Shown: positions 51,533 to 63,100 of the stretch, piece by piece
Numbering within the stretch: the first letter of the stretch is position 1
Layout of the letters: the number at the start of each line of letters is the position of its first letter
NCBI RefSeq assembly: GCF_032062105.1
Contig: NW_026933012.1
Location: 434,001-498,000 of the forward strand
Direction: 5' to 3'
Origin: Saccostrea cucullata
Lineage: Eukaryota
Length of the DNA: 64,000 nt
Translations under genes and position numbers: made by a program
The notes under the pieces: generated by a model
Told to the model about the DNA's origin: nothing
Databases searched by the model: none
What the model saw: the letters and a program-made list of their open reading frames with translations, nothing else

Positions 51533-52497
51533 ATAAATTGCTAGATGCTTCAATCTCTGAAAACACTAAGACAGCATACGAAACAGGACAAAATTCATTT
51601 TATAATTTCCGGAAAGAATTTGGGTACGAAATTTCATGGCCCCCACCTCTTAGAGATGTTGTTCACTTTGTTGCTTATCTGTCACTTAAGAAGTGTTCCT
51701 ATGCTACGGCAAAATCTTATCTATCTTCTATTAGTTTTCAATGCAAAATTCACAATTGGGTTGATGAAACAAAGAACTTTCTGGTTGTAAAGGTTCTTGA
51801 GGGTATGAGAAGAACTGGTAGGTCTGCAGATGCAAGGCTACCTATAACCTTGCAGTTGCTTACTAAAGTTGTTAGGGTTTTATCGAGCATTTGTAGCAAT
51901 AGTTATGAAACAAAATTGTTCAGAGCTGCTTATATATTAGCCTTCTTTGGTTTTCTCAGAATAGGGGAATTCACATTGTCTACTGGTAATAGTGTTCATA
52001 CAATTTTACAAGTGACTGATGTTCAATTTGAAGCTAATTACTCCAAGGTTTTTGTACACATAAGAATGTCAAAATGTGATCAGGATAGAAAGGGGGTTTC
52101 TTTAGCCATTGATAAAAGTGGGGGAATCCTGTGTCCAGTAGCAAGTTTGATAGATTATCTTGCAGTAAGACCAAAAATTAAAGGGCCATTATTTATCCAC
52201 TGTGGAAAAAATCCCCTTACCAGATATCAGTTCTCTTCGGTTTTGAAAAAATCACTTCAGGTTTTGGGGGTTCAGGGACATTATAGGGCCCATTCATTTT
52301 GTATCGGGGCAGCCACTGCAGCATTTGAAGCGGGGTGTTCACAAGATGTCATAATGGAAGCAGGGCGTTGGAAGTCTAGGGCATACAAATCACACATAAG
52401 ATGTCCTATTTGGCAGATGTTGGGGCGAATAAGTTGTAATTTTGTAAATATAACAAGAATTATTCAAATTATTGCATACATTTGTAGAGGTCTCTGA
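51529..52497 (+). CDS. Ngaro ORF3, tyrosine recombinase (catalytic Arg and Tyr apparently substituted)
   Basis: RLPIT, AFFGFLRIGEF, SKCDQ, LCPV, GPLF, HSFCIGAAT (consensus HSFRIG), GRWKSRAYKSHIR (consensus ..YIR). The frame is open from 51439; the likely ATG is 51529. Confidence 0.88.
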   Translation: MNKLLDASISENTKTAYETGQNSFYNFRKEFGYEISWPPPLRDVVHFVAYLSLKKCSYATAKSYLSSISFQCKIHNWVDETKNFLVVKVLEGMRRTGRSADARLPITLQLLTKVVRVLSSICSNSYETKLFRAAYILAFFGFLRIGEFTLSTGNSVHTILQVTDVQFEANYSKVFVHIRMSKCDQDRKGVSLAIDKSGGILCPVASLIDYLAVRPKIKGPLFIHCGKNPLTRYQFSSVLKKSLQVLGVQGHYRAHSFCIGAATAAFEAGCSQDVIMEAGRWKSRAYKSHIRCPIWQMLGRISCNFVNITRIIQIIAYICRGL

Positions 52498-53083
52498 AGT
52501 TAAAGTCTGGTGTGTGGGCTCCTCTATTATTAAGAATGCAATGATGGCATCAGTATGCAGACCGGGGGGAACAAATCTTGGATTGGATAGATTGAAAATA
52601 AATATCTGGTGGCAGGGATATTCAGGTTTGAATTTTTTGGGACTTAAAAGAAAGCTTTTTTTCTCACAAAAAGAGGAATCCCCAGAATTTTTGGTTATTC
52701 ACTGTGGGGCAAACGATTTAGGATCAATTGATCTGTTTACTCTAAAGATTATGAAGAAAATTAAATCCCATCTAAAGATTATCAAGACTCGCTTTCCACA
52801 TTCTACACTTGTTTGGTCACAGATGCTGCCACGAAATAAATGGAGGTATTCGGGGGACAATAAAGCAATGGAGCGTTGTCTTAAGACCAATAGGGTAGCT
52901 GCTTCATTAGTGTTAGAGTTGGGGGGTTGTTACATAAAGTACCCTGATTTATTGAAAAACATATCGCAATTTCTGTTGCCAGATGGAGTACACCTCAATG
53001 ACCTAGGAAATAAACTCTTTCTAAATAATATCCAAGGGGGGTTAGAATTTTTCCTGTCAAAGCAAGGAAATGTGTATCCTTAA
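52472..53083 (+). CDS. Ngaro ORF4, SGNH/GDSL-type hydrolase
   Basis: Block I VWCVGSSII, block III IHCGAND and block V DGVHL. There is no ATG upstream of block I in this frame. Confidence 0.85.
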   Translation: MHTFVEVSEVKVWCVGSSIIKNAMMASVCRPGGTNLGLDRLKINIWWQGYSGLNFLGLKRKLFFSQKEESPEFLVIHCGANDLGSIDLFTLKIMKKIKSHLKIIKTRFPHSTLVWSQMLPRNKWRYSGDNKAMERCLKTNRVAASLVLELGGCYIKYPDLLKNISQFLLPDGVHLNDLGNKLFLNNIQGGLEFFLSKQGNVYP

Positions 53084-53189
53084 ACAAAACATCAAGAACA
53101 TTGGTCCGTGGGGGCTTTTTGTCAGTTGCTTGGGTGCTCCCCCATGTGTGGGATGACTGCGAACTCTCCTTCGGTTGTTCGCTGTCATG

Positions 53190-54355
53190 TGGCGTTTGCG
53201 CACACCAAAGCAACTGAGGCCTACATAAACTTTGTATTGTTGTGAAGTTTTCACCATTGAACTGTGAAGGGGGTTGAAATGTTGAACCATTTTATATGTA
53301 AAATATTTGCTGATATGTTGATATAATTTGTTTTGTGCTTGAATTGTGCATATAACTAATTACACTTAAATAAGTAACCTTAAATAAGTAACCACCCGCG
53401 GTTTACCCGGGGTGGTCATTTTTTGCACATATGACTTGTTTGTGTTGATGAATTTTGTTGAATTTGTGTGGGTTTGCCCAAAAGTTGTGTGTATTAATTG
53501 GCATCCCACAAATTACTATGCCACGGCCAATGTTCGCCAAAATAAAGGTTAAAACAAACATTTTGTTGTCATTTCCCTGTATAAATAATATCATCTATTT
53601 TATGCATATAAAATCAGATGACTTTTTCATCAACTTGGGAAAAGGTATTAATTTTTTGGTCGGGATCGGCCTGCGGCCTTGGGTATATATAAGTCGGAAA
53701 GCTCGGGATCAACATTCTTTTCATCAACTTGCTGGATACAGAGTAGGTTGAATATTTCTTTGTCAAGTTTTTTCATAATATTTGTAAGAAAAATTTTGCG
53801 ATGAATTGCCTTAAATATCCCACCCACCCATTCCCATAATTTGGAGTTTAAATTATTGCAAATTTGGTTAGTTGTGCTGGCTTTTTCTTTTTATTTTACA
53901 GAATCTGTTGCACTGGATGTCGTCTTCGTGAAATATGTCGTGGCATAACCTTACAGGAATGGCGTTTGCGCACACCAAAGCAACTGAGGCCTACAGCATA
54001 ATAAACTTTGTATTGTTGTGAAGTTTTCACCATTGAACTGTGAAGGGGGTTGAAATGTTGAACCATTTTATATGTAAAATATTTGCTGATATGTTGATAT
54101 AATTTGTTTTGTGCTTGAATTGTGCATATAACTAATTACACTTAAATAAGTAACCTTAAATAAGTAACCACCCGCGGTTTACCCGGGGTGGTCATTTTTT
54201 GCACATATGACTTGTTTGTGTTGATGAATTTTGTTGAATTTGTGTGGGTTTGCCCAAAAGTTGTGTGTATTAATTGGCATCCCACAAATTACTATGCCAC
54301 GGCCAATGTTCGCCAAAATAAAGGTTAAAACAAACATTTTGTTGTCATTTCCCTG
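53190..54355 (+). repeat. Ngaro 3' B1-A2-B2 repeat region
   Basis: B1 (53190-53579, 390 bp) and B2 (53960-54355, 396 bp) look identical by eye apart from a 6-bp indel; A2 lies between them. Confidence 0.95.
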
Positions 54356-54544
54356 CTAACATTATCGTGGCACTAACATAAAGTAAAAACTGAGTAAAAT
54401 ATCGAAATTACATTTCTGGGTGTATTTGGGATTAAGGAGACCACTGAATCTCTCAAAAGGATTCATATTTGGTGTGACTACTTGTATAAACAGAAGAGGC
54501 ACATCTATACATCATTTGTATATCTGGCTTTCATTTTATATTAC

Positions 54545-55110
54545 CCTTCGTGCGTTTAGCTCCTTTTCAAAGAATTAATTTAACAAACTCTTTTTGTCTA
54601 CCATTAATATAATATACTTTGTGCGTTTAGCTCCTTTTCAAAGGAACATTTAACCTCTTTTTGTATTATTATAATATAGACACATTGATAGCTATTTTAA
54701 AAAATCACATTTTTGACCCTGACCTTTCTTTTACCTTGACTTAATTTTAAAGAGAAATTGGTTTAGTCTAATTTGATAAAAACTGTTCAAGAAACTTTTA
54801 CATGTATTTACATACTCGTGTATATTGATGAGATAATTCCAACTGCATCACCATTTCTTTTACCTTGACTTCTTTTTCTTTAATTTATACAGGTTATATT
54901 CAGCTCAATTTCCGAGAAACTTATATTAAGCCTTATAAGCTAAAATATATTAATGAAAGCAATATTTCTTGTTCTTGACCATTCCTTTTACTTGATCTCA
55001 TTTATATTGATATTTTTTGTCTAGCTTAATTTTTTTTACATTGACCTTCCCCTTCACTTTGACATAAATTTCCTTAAATTTGCATTAAGCTTAATTTCAA
55101 AGAAACCATT
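54545..55110 (+). repeat. Degenerate tandem repeats (GTGCGTTTAGCTCCTTTTCAAAG twice; TGACC..TTTTACCTTGAC motif about 4 times)
   Basis: Motifs at about 54550 and 54621, and at about 54712, 54855, 54975 and 55041; resembles a decayed satellite-bearing element. Confidence 0.5.
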
Positions 55111-55530
55111 TGTTCAAAAATGATCAGCGCTGTCCAGTTTGATTTTATTTCAAAGGTGATCTTCCAAATTACCTTTGTTGTGTTATTAAGAGTTAAAATA
55201 AGTCACCAAAATATATATTTTATCAATATTCAATATATTTTTGTAGCAATTTCAAAAACTACTTCTAATTATTTATCTCACAATAAGGCTTTTTTTTTTT
55301 TTAACTTTCTTACCTTGCAGATTCTATATTGGTAAGTACGTGAGGTTGGATAAGTTCTGCTGCGTTTGTACTACTAGTACTCTCTTATTCTGAACATATC
55401 TGTTTGATAATGATTAGTGAGATCCACCCTTCAAATGAAATTATAAATGCTTTCAAGCACACCCGTACATACAATGTTCAACCGTATCAAAACAAGGATT
55501 TTGTATAGAGAAAAAAAATAAAAGTGTAGA

Positions 55531-55852
55531 TTGATTGATTGTTTATTGTTTAAGTCCCTCTCGAGAATGTTTCACTCATATGGAGACGTCACCGTATGGC
55601 GATGAAGGGCTTCAAATTTAGACCTATACTCGGCACTCAGGGCCATTGAGCAGTAAGGATTTTTTATCGTGCCAATGCCTACCGTGATACGAGACCTAAA
55701 TGTATTCACTTCTAGTGCCGAGCGCTTGGCGAAGGAACAGTCACTGCCTATATTTTTACGCATGAGGTATGACGCGGTGCCGCGAACGAGAATCGAACCC
55801 GGGCCTCCCGTTCACGAATCGAAGGCTCTACCACTAGGCTACCGTGGACGGT
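55531..55852 (-). mobile_element. Full-length tRNA-derived SINE with a 13-bp target-site duplication
   Basis: Minus-strand head with A box TAGCCTAGTGG and B box GGTTCGATTCT, and a (CAAT)n tail. Flanks ATAAAAGTGTAGA (55518-55530) and ATAAAAGTATAGA (55853-55865). Confidence 0.9.
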
Positions 55853-56525
55853 ATAAAAGTATAGAACACGTGAAATAAATCTAGAAACATGGCCATTGTT
55901 CGAACAAATATCTGTCTCAGTGTTATATAATTATGAAATATCCGGAGTTTTAAATGATAAAATTTATCTTAATGGTAATGTATTTACTCAGAAGAATAAG
56001 CGCCAACATAATGCACTTAATTCATCGAGCTATATGGTATAATACTTGAAAAATTGGATGAATTTTTTTTTCTGAACTTCCTAATTTATTGACAAAACCC
56101 TAGACTGAACAAAGCAAACACGAAGCACATTAATGTCCCATCTGGTGATAATGGGGTATTTCTTTATAAAATTATGAAATGTGGGGGGACGCTTATTTTT
56201 AAAATGTTCGTAAGGCGGATCTTCATTATATTTTTTGGTGAGTTGAACATGTACTTGTGATACAATTTTGTAGAATAGTTTTTTTTTTCATTCTGCCATA
56301 TACCAGTATCTGAATGAATTTCTAATATTCTGGATATTAATTGTAAAATGTTTGTAATAATTTACATATACTATTTAAAAAATATATGAAATAATAAAAT
56401 AACAGCAACGCCAAGTTATTATTGAGTAAATAATTTCTTTTTCAAATGACAGATTTTTTTAAATACATATCCTCACTCTTTTCTCTGCAACCGAAAATTG
56501 CTTTCTTTACGATTAAAAAAATAAC

Positions 56526-59289
56526 ATGATTTTCCGAATTTTAGGTTTCCTTTACGGTTTAGATAATATTCAAGCTGCCACGTTTGAAACTACAGGGTCT
56601 TTTTATCCGATTAAATCATTTTCCATATCATCTAATACAACATTATTAAGGAATCAAGGGAACATTTCAGGTTTGCAAATTTACCATTGTAGAACCCATT
56701 CGTTTCATGGAATTTTAATTATATTAAGATACATTTACTAGTATTTGAATTATTCAAATCTTGTAATCCTTGATTTTATCAAATGTATTTTTATTTCAAA
56801 AATTTACATATGTTTGCTTAATTTCAGATTGCCCTTATCTTAAATGTGACCCTGGAATTAGAGATGAATGGAGTTGCACAGGCAAAAAACATGTCATTCG
56901 ATACTGCGCTTGTGATAGACAGTGCAATCTGTTCCACGATTGTTGCGAGGATAGCTTCGATAAAGAGCTTTTTCTTCAACAAATTTCAAATAAATCAACA
57001 ACGAATTACAGTAATTCGGAATCTGACTATATGCTACAAGTTAACACCTACAGTGGATGCTTTTCGATAGAGGCAAAGAATATCACTGGAAATCAGACAA
57101 AAATAATTACTGTTAAATTAATTAATCAATGTCCATCTCATTACGTCGGCAATCTTAATGCAAAATGTTCATCAGGTTATAAAATTCTGAATATTATAAC
57201 TTCCGTCAAGTCAGGGATACACCATTTAATGTTTATAAATCCCTTCTGTGCACTCTGTCATGGGTATAAGAAAAGAGATATGTTACTTTGGGACTCTTCT
57301 GTGCATTGTCCAAAGAAATATAAATGCATCCCCAAATTTGACATTCAAAGACTATCTGAACATTGTGCACTGGTTTATACTCTCAAAGAAGAGGGAAACC
57401 TTCGATACTGTCTCGACACAAACACGTCAAATGTATCCCCTGGGTCGATGTTTTTATCAAATAAGAGTACGGATCATAATCTATGCAATGGCTACATTTC
57501 TCTTCTGTTTGATAAAAATGAGAAGATATATTTCAGAAATAAGCACTGTGCTCTGGCAGTCCGACACAATATTTCACAACTGGAGCCAGTCATTGATAGT
57601 CATCCTAACAAAGGGGTACCTGCTGAAATGGACATGAATATCTTATTCCGTTTTACTGGAGAGGATATTGAAATCAGCAATACTGCAAATAAGTGTTCCC
57701 CAGGCTTGACATATGACCAAGTAACTGGGCTGTGTTCTAATTTAATCTGTCCAGTAGGATTTTTCAGAGAAGAGCAAAGATGTATTCACAATGAGTCAAG
57801 TTATGAATTTATACGTAAGCCGAAAGTTCCTAATTCGCTGGAAACCTTTTATCGCACTGATGTTTATATTTTACATGAAAATATGAATTCTTCATTTGAT
57901 ATAGAGAAAATGTCTCTAATCAGATTAGGTGTCGATGACACAGATGTTTTTCAAAAGAATATGAAACATTTAACAGAAATATTTTCCGAAATGAATACTT
58001 CATCAGATTCATTTATTTTACAAAATTTTCCTCCGAGCCAGTCACTAAATTGTGATAGGGGTATTCTTGAGAGTTTCACGACGGATGAATTCTCCGTTTC
58101 ATGGAATGGATCTCTTGATGTTGTTTTTAAGCGGAAGTTAATTTCCGTCCCTTTGTCTAGGATTCGTTTTTCATTAACTGTCATAATAACCAAATATCCT
58201 AATACAACCTTAAAGTTTACAAATGGACATTTTTACTTCTGTAGAATGAATAATATTTTAGAATGTTCATCATTTCTTACTTCATATGAGTCTGACACAT
58301 ACCAAATAGTCAACAATTTTGTCTACTTTAATTTAAGTTCTACCATTTTAAATAGTAAACAATATCTAATTATCAATTCAATTTTGTATATTTGTCACAC
58401 TGAAAAAACAAATTCTGAAAAGTATACATTAACTTTGATTTTGACATTGGTATTCTTTTCTATATCATTATCTTGCCTTTTGCTTTCAATTCTTCTTCAA
58501 ATTATGATTAGAGGGATACAGACTTGCCCAGCAAAATGTTTTCTCTCGTTTTCTTTATCTTGGTTTTTCGCACAATTTGGTTTTATTCTTCCATCTTTTT
58601 TGCCACCAGAAGTCTGTTTCTGGTTTGCTTTATCTTTACATTATTTATGGCTTTGCATATTCTCTTGGTCAAGCGTATTAGCTTTTGATCTGGTGAAAAC
58701 CCTGGCCGTTTGCTCCAAAACTCTCAAGCGGGAATTCATGAACAATAGTTTGTTTGTCAGATACTCTGTTATAGGTTGGGGGCTGCCTTTCGTCATTGTT
58801 TCGGTGAGTTATACTCTTGATATCAATCTTTCTTCATTTGAAATGCAATATGGAGCACGGGGTACATGTTGGGTGGGAAATGCAGATGCGTTACTTCTAA
58901 CTTTTATTATTCCTACTTGCATTTCTACTTTTTTCAATATGATTTGTCTTGGGGTATCTCTCCATGGTTTGGAAATTGCGAAGAAAAATACCCAAAATTT
59001 ACAAAAGACACAGAAAGAAAAACAGAGGTGGGTGATGTATCTTCAGATGTTTTTCTTCTGTGGCGGATCTTGGATATTGGCTTATGTTGCAAATAATATA
59101 TCTATGACGTGGCTTCACATTACGAATATTGTTTTGAATGGCTGTCAGGGAGTTTGTATTTTAATCATAACGACTAAAGACTCTAAAGTTCGAAAGTGGA
59201 TAAGCTTTCAATTGAATTCGGTTACATTTCAAACCTCACAGAATAGCAATAGTCAAACCCACAATGACATTGACAATACAAAAATATGA
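56526..59289 (+). CDS. Family-B (adhesion/Methuselah-like) 7TM GPCR with a somatomedin-B-like Cys-rich ectodomain, copy C, about 868 aa
   Basis: Two exons joined in phase 1: 56526-56670 (MIFRILGFLYGLDNIQAA..., donor CAG|GTTTG) and 56828-59289 (acceptor TTTCAG). CACDRQCNLFHDCCED, FINPFCALCHG and seven TM segments; collinear with copy B. Exon 1 is less certain than exon 2. Confidence 0.88.
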
Positions 59290-59648
59290 GTTTAAAAGTT
59301 TGCTGTTCAAGGATTAATTTTTAAAGTGTTTTCTTTAAATTAAATTGGTTGGTTATCTGTTTTATTATATACCTAATGTGTATCACCCAATTTTACTGTT
59401 GAATTTACGCTTTCACGTGACGTCGTGATCCGATTTTCCGGATCACCAACATGTTCTTTTTTGAATCCATATCACCACTCTCTGAAACTGATGACGTAGT
59501 ACGCAGAAACATGACGTTGTTTTTCTTGCGCGTTAAAAAGTCCCTTGTTATTATGCTTTGTTTTATGGATAAATATTATACAATTTATCTCTTAAGTTTT
59601 ATTTAGGTATATTTTGCTAGTTATGAGGGGGTATATAATAAATTTATC

Positions 59649-59805
59649 ATTATAACAGTAACTTGATCCGAAGAGCCGTATCACGTCTCGTTGACAGGCG
59701 CGGATCATCAGATCAAACTCGACGCTTCGCGTCTCGTTAGATCTGATGATCCGCGCCTGTCAACTCGACGTGATACGACCCTTCGGATCAAGTTACTGTT
59801 ATAAT
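59649..59805. repeat. 157-bp imperfect palindrome (77-bp arms, 3-nt loop), probably the core of a non-autonomous element starting near 59390
   Basis: Arms pair around centre 59727 with 7 mismatches and no indels. Confidence 0.92.
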
Positions 59806-60115
59806 AATATATATATACTTTTTTCGCGGCGAACAAGGATCTAGTCCGGGCCTCCCGATCGCTATGCTGATGCCCTAGAACGAGACTTCTGTGACCGATC
59901 CTTAAAATGCAGTATTCCACTTGGTACTTTCATTTAACAATAGTAAACTGGACATTTCTATCCTATCTGGACCTCTACCGAATCAATAATTAACATAAGA
60001 CCTATAGTAGTGCTTTTACTTTTACAGCAAAAGTTAGATATAGTCAACTTAAAATATATTTTCCAAATGACAAATATCAATGTGCTTTTGAATGTCATTG
60101 AATTTAACCAGTCAT

Positions 60116-63100
60116 CCCCTGCGAAATGATCAAGAATAATTCTTGAACTTTTAAGAAAAGTTCATGAATTATATTCTTGAATCAGCTCATGAATTGTTCA
60201 TGAAGATCCCATGAAGTTAAAATTGGACACTCATGATTTCATGGATTTTATTCATGAAAACCCAGTTCAAGAATATTCAAGAACTATTTGTTGTTCATGA
60301 ACAAACTTGGATTTTTCAAATGCCTGCAAAATGATCAAGAATAATTCTTGAACTTTCAAGAAAAGTTCATGAATTATATTCTTGAACTTTCAAGAAAAGT
60401 TCATGAATGATATTAATAGGTTCAATGCATTTTCATACCTATTCATGAATAATTTGTAAAAGTTATTTAGGAATGTTCATGAACTATTCATGAATGTTCT
60501 TGCTTTTTGTAAACAAAAATGTAATAAGTTATGCAAAATGAAAAACTGTAAAAGAAAATACTTTAATAGCATCTTGAAAGATTTCACAGAATTTTTGTTT
60601 TCCAATCATGGTAACAAAATCTTTGTTCAAGTAAACAACTCTGAAAAGTGATAACGATAATAAATAAATTATGTAGTTCATTCCTAGTAAAATTATGAAA
60701 AATTTCAATTAAAACGCGACTCTTTGCAGAATCCCTAACCTTAGTGGCTTACTTGGTCAAGAGGAAAGTGGCTTCCTTATTCAATGTATTTCAAAGCGTA
60801 TGCCTAAAATGGAATGATTTTTAATCCAAGTATCACTGTCTGGCAGAAAGTGTGTTCAGCAATTAGGGCATCAGCTAAAAGGGCTTTCAAGGATTTTGAG
60901 CAGAGGTGGTCAAATAAAAAAATCTTATTGGCTTTCCCAGGAGTGTGGAATTTGCAAAATTTCATCACTTGGATCCTTTGATCGATTACGATTCATATTT
61001 TTATTCCTTTCTTTTGATTTTCTTCAAGAGCCTGGATTTTTTATATTCTTTTTTTTTTTTGGCAGCCAGAGTTTTTTAATCTTCTGATCTCAACTCATCT
61101 ACATTATCTGTGAACTACTTCTCTTTTCCCTACAAAAACAAAGATTTACTGAAAATGCTCATAAATGTGAAAACTCAAGACTTTAATGTTTTTTTTGTTT
61201 TTTTTTTTTTTGCATATTTGTTTCATTTAATTCTGCATCATAGGCACTGCCATATTTTAAAGCATTCCGAGCGCGAGTTTAGCCTGTTTCCCTTGCCCGC
61301 CATGTTCAAGATGTTATAGGTGAACAGGATGAATGTTTGGGAAGTTTCTAGTATGCCGGTCCCCAGAAACACGCGATTGCGCATGAGCAGTTATTTCCCT
61401 TGCCGTTGCTATGCAGAATGTAAACAAACCGCAATTTCCCACTCGCTTCAACAAAACGCATCCGATCGAGTGATTAGGGTTAGGTTATATAGTTTTTAAA
61501 ATTGGGGTTGTTTTATAAATTCACTCTGAAATCTTTCTGACTTTGGGGTAATTCATATAATTTTTGCCTTTTGTGACCAAAAACTTACTTGAATCAGCCT
61601 AATGTCGAATCGTGTCGATATAGGCGTACATCGATCTCCATCACTTTGCCTTTGGGTTAGGCCTAGTTCATGAAATTTTTGCATACAAAGAACAGGAATT
61701 TTTTTATGAATGCAAGTTCGGATGAATCAATCTAGGTCTAATGTCCAAACATGACCGACTTTGAGTGCTAAGTTTAGGCAAGTTAGGCCCTACTGTAAAA
61801 GTGACTTACCATTTACTGCATCTCGATATCCTGACCTCTTAATGTCCAAATTCAGAATATTTTCCCTATCAAATCGATGATGATGCACAATGCGATCCAT
61901 CAATGACTAGTAACTAGCTAACATTTGTTAAATCCATATATTTCTCACGAAAATCTCGCAATTTTAATAACATTGCAATTTGAGTCCTATCAGGCATCTC
62001 TTCATTACGTCAAAACAGAAATGACGCATCTCATGAATATTTATGAGATTACGTCAAAAAATGATCATGTGACCACATTCATAAACAACGCAAGATGGGA
62101 GTTTGACTTCCTAAACAAGTACGTTATTTTACGAAATCTTTTAATTCTCATTTAAAAAACTGTGTTTAAAAACCAGTTTTTTAAACCCAATTTCTCACAA
62201 GGAACACGAATTTGGGGTCAAATTTGCAATTTGTGGCTTCTTTTTCGATTTTGTCGATCGCTCACGCGATCGTCTATATATTGTACACCGCCTTCGGCGG
62301 CACCTATTTTAGCGCCATATTTATGGGGACCGGTATACTAGAAGTGTCCCGAATGTTTCAATCTTTAATAACTAAATGTAACGTAATTTGGTTGGATCCT
62401 TACTCATAACAAAGTTTGACAAAATTTTCATTAAAAAAGACATAACTGAACTCTTACAAATAGACAGTAACATCTTGATAAATATCTCACAGATTCAGCG
62501 ATTGCCTTTATTTTTTTTGTAACTCACCACTAAGATCTGCAGTTATGAAGTAAATTGATCCTCTGGATATTCCTTCTTCGTATTCTGTTATTTTCTTCAA
62601 AGGTTGACAAAGAATGACTAGATCTACGCTAATAATCCTCCCACTCTACCGATTCACTTTCCAACGTCTCGCGCGTTTCAAAGTTTGCGCCTTTTAAAAA
62701 GTGTCATGCAGAGCTAATTAAGAAATAGTTTCGAATTGCCAAGATTTTTGTTAAACAAAAAATAACAAACACTATCTGAATGATTTTTCACTGAAATCAA
62801 TTTTTTTTTAAATCAATATAAGTTATATCATTTATTGAACTGGATTTTTTTTACATTATACCTGTAGAGCCATAGTTTCGTATTCAAGTATGGCCGCCTC
62901 CATATCAGAGGACAACAAATATCTCTTGGAACCACTCGTCCTCAAACTGAGTACCCTGAGCTATTAAAGTGTATAGGTGAATAGACTACAAAATACTAAT
63001 GTGGTTCATGTCATAGCTTCTTCACAACCATGCAGCCTGTGCTGTATCATTTACACACGATGGACAGAAAAATGTGACTTTATAACTGCATCAAAATATA

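Larger units (their letters stand above)
48433..54355 (+). mobile_element. Ngaro-type (DIRS order) tyrosine-recombinase retrotransposon, near full length (~5.9 kb)
   Basis: Overlapping gag, RT/RH, YR and SGNH ORFs. Split direct repeats in the order A1 (~48433-48700), ORFs, B1 (53190-53579), A2 (~53590-53816), B2 (53960-54355). Confidence 0.93.

Noticed and set aside
55770-55852. tRNA-like sequence on the minus strand
   Set aside because: It has A and B boxes but no proper acceptor stem and continues into a SINE body with tail and TSD; it is a SINE head, not a tRNA gene.
59484-59525. Hammerhead-ribozyme-like string GAAA CTGATGA CGTAGTACGCA GAAA CA..TG TT TTTC
   Set aside because: The core boxes are present, but stem II has no closing pair next to the core and stems I and III are only 3-4 weak pairs; probably chance.
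60130-60500. Recurrent TTCATGAA palindromes that could suggest a CRISPR-like array
   Set aside because: Irregular spacing, no unique spacers, eukaryotic context, and mirrored at the other end of a TIR element; these are subterminal repeats.
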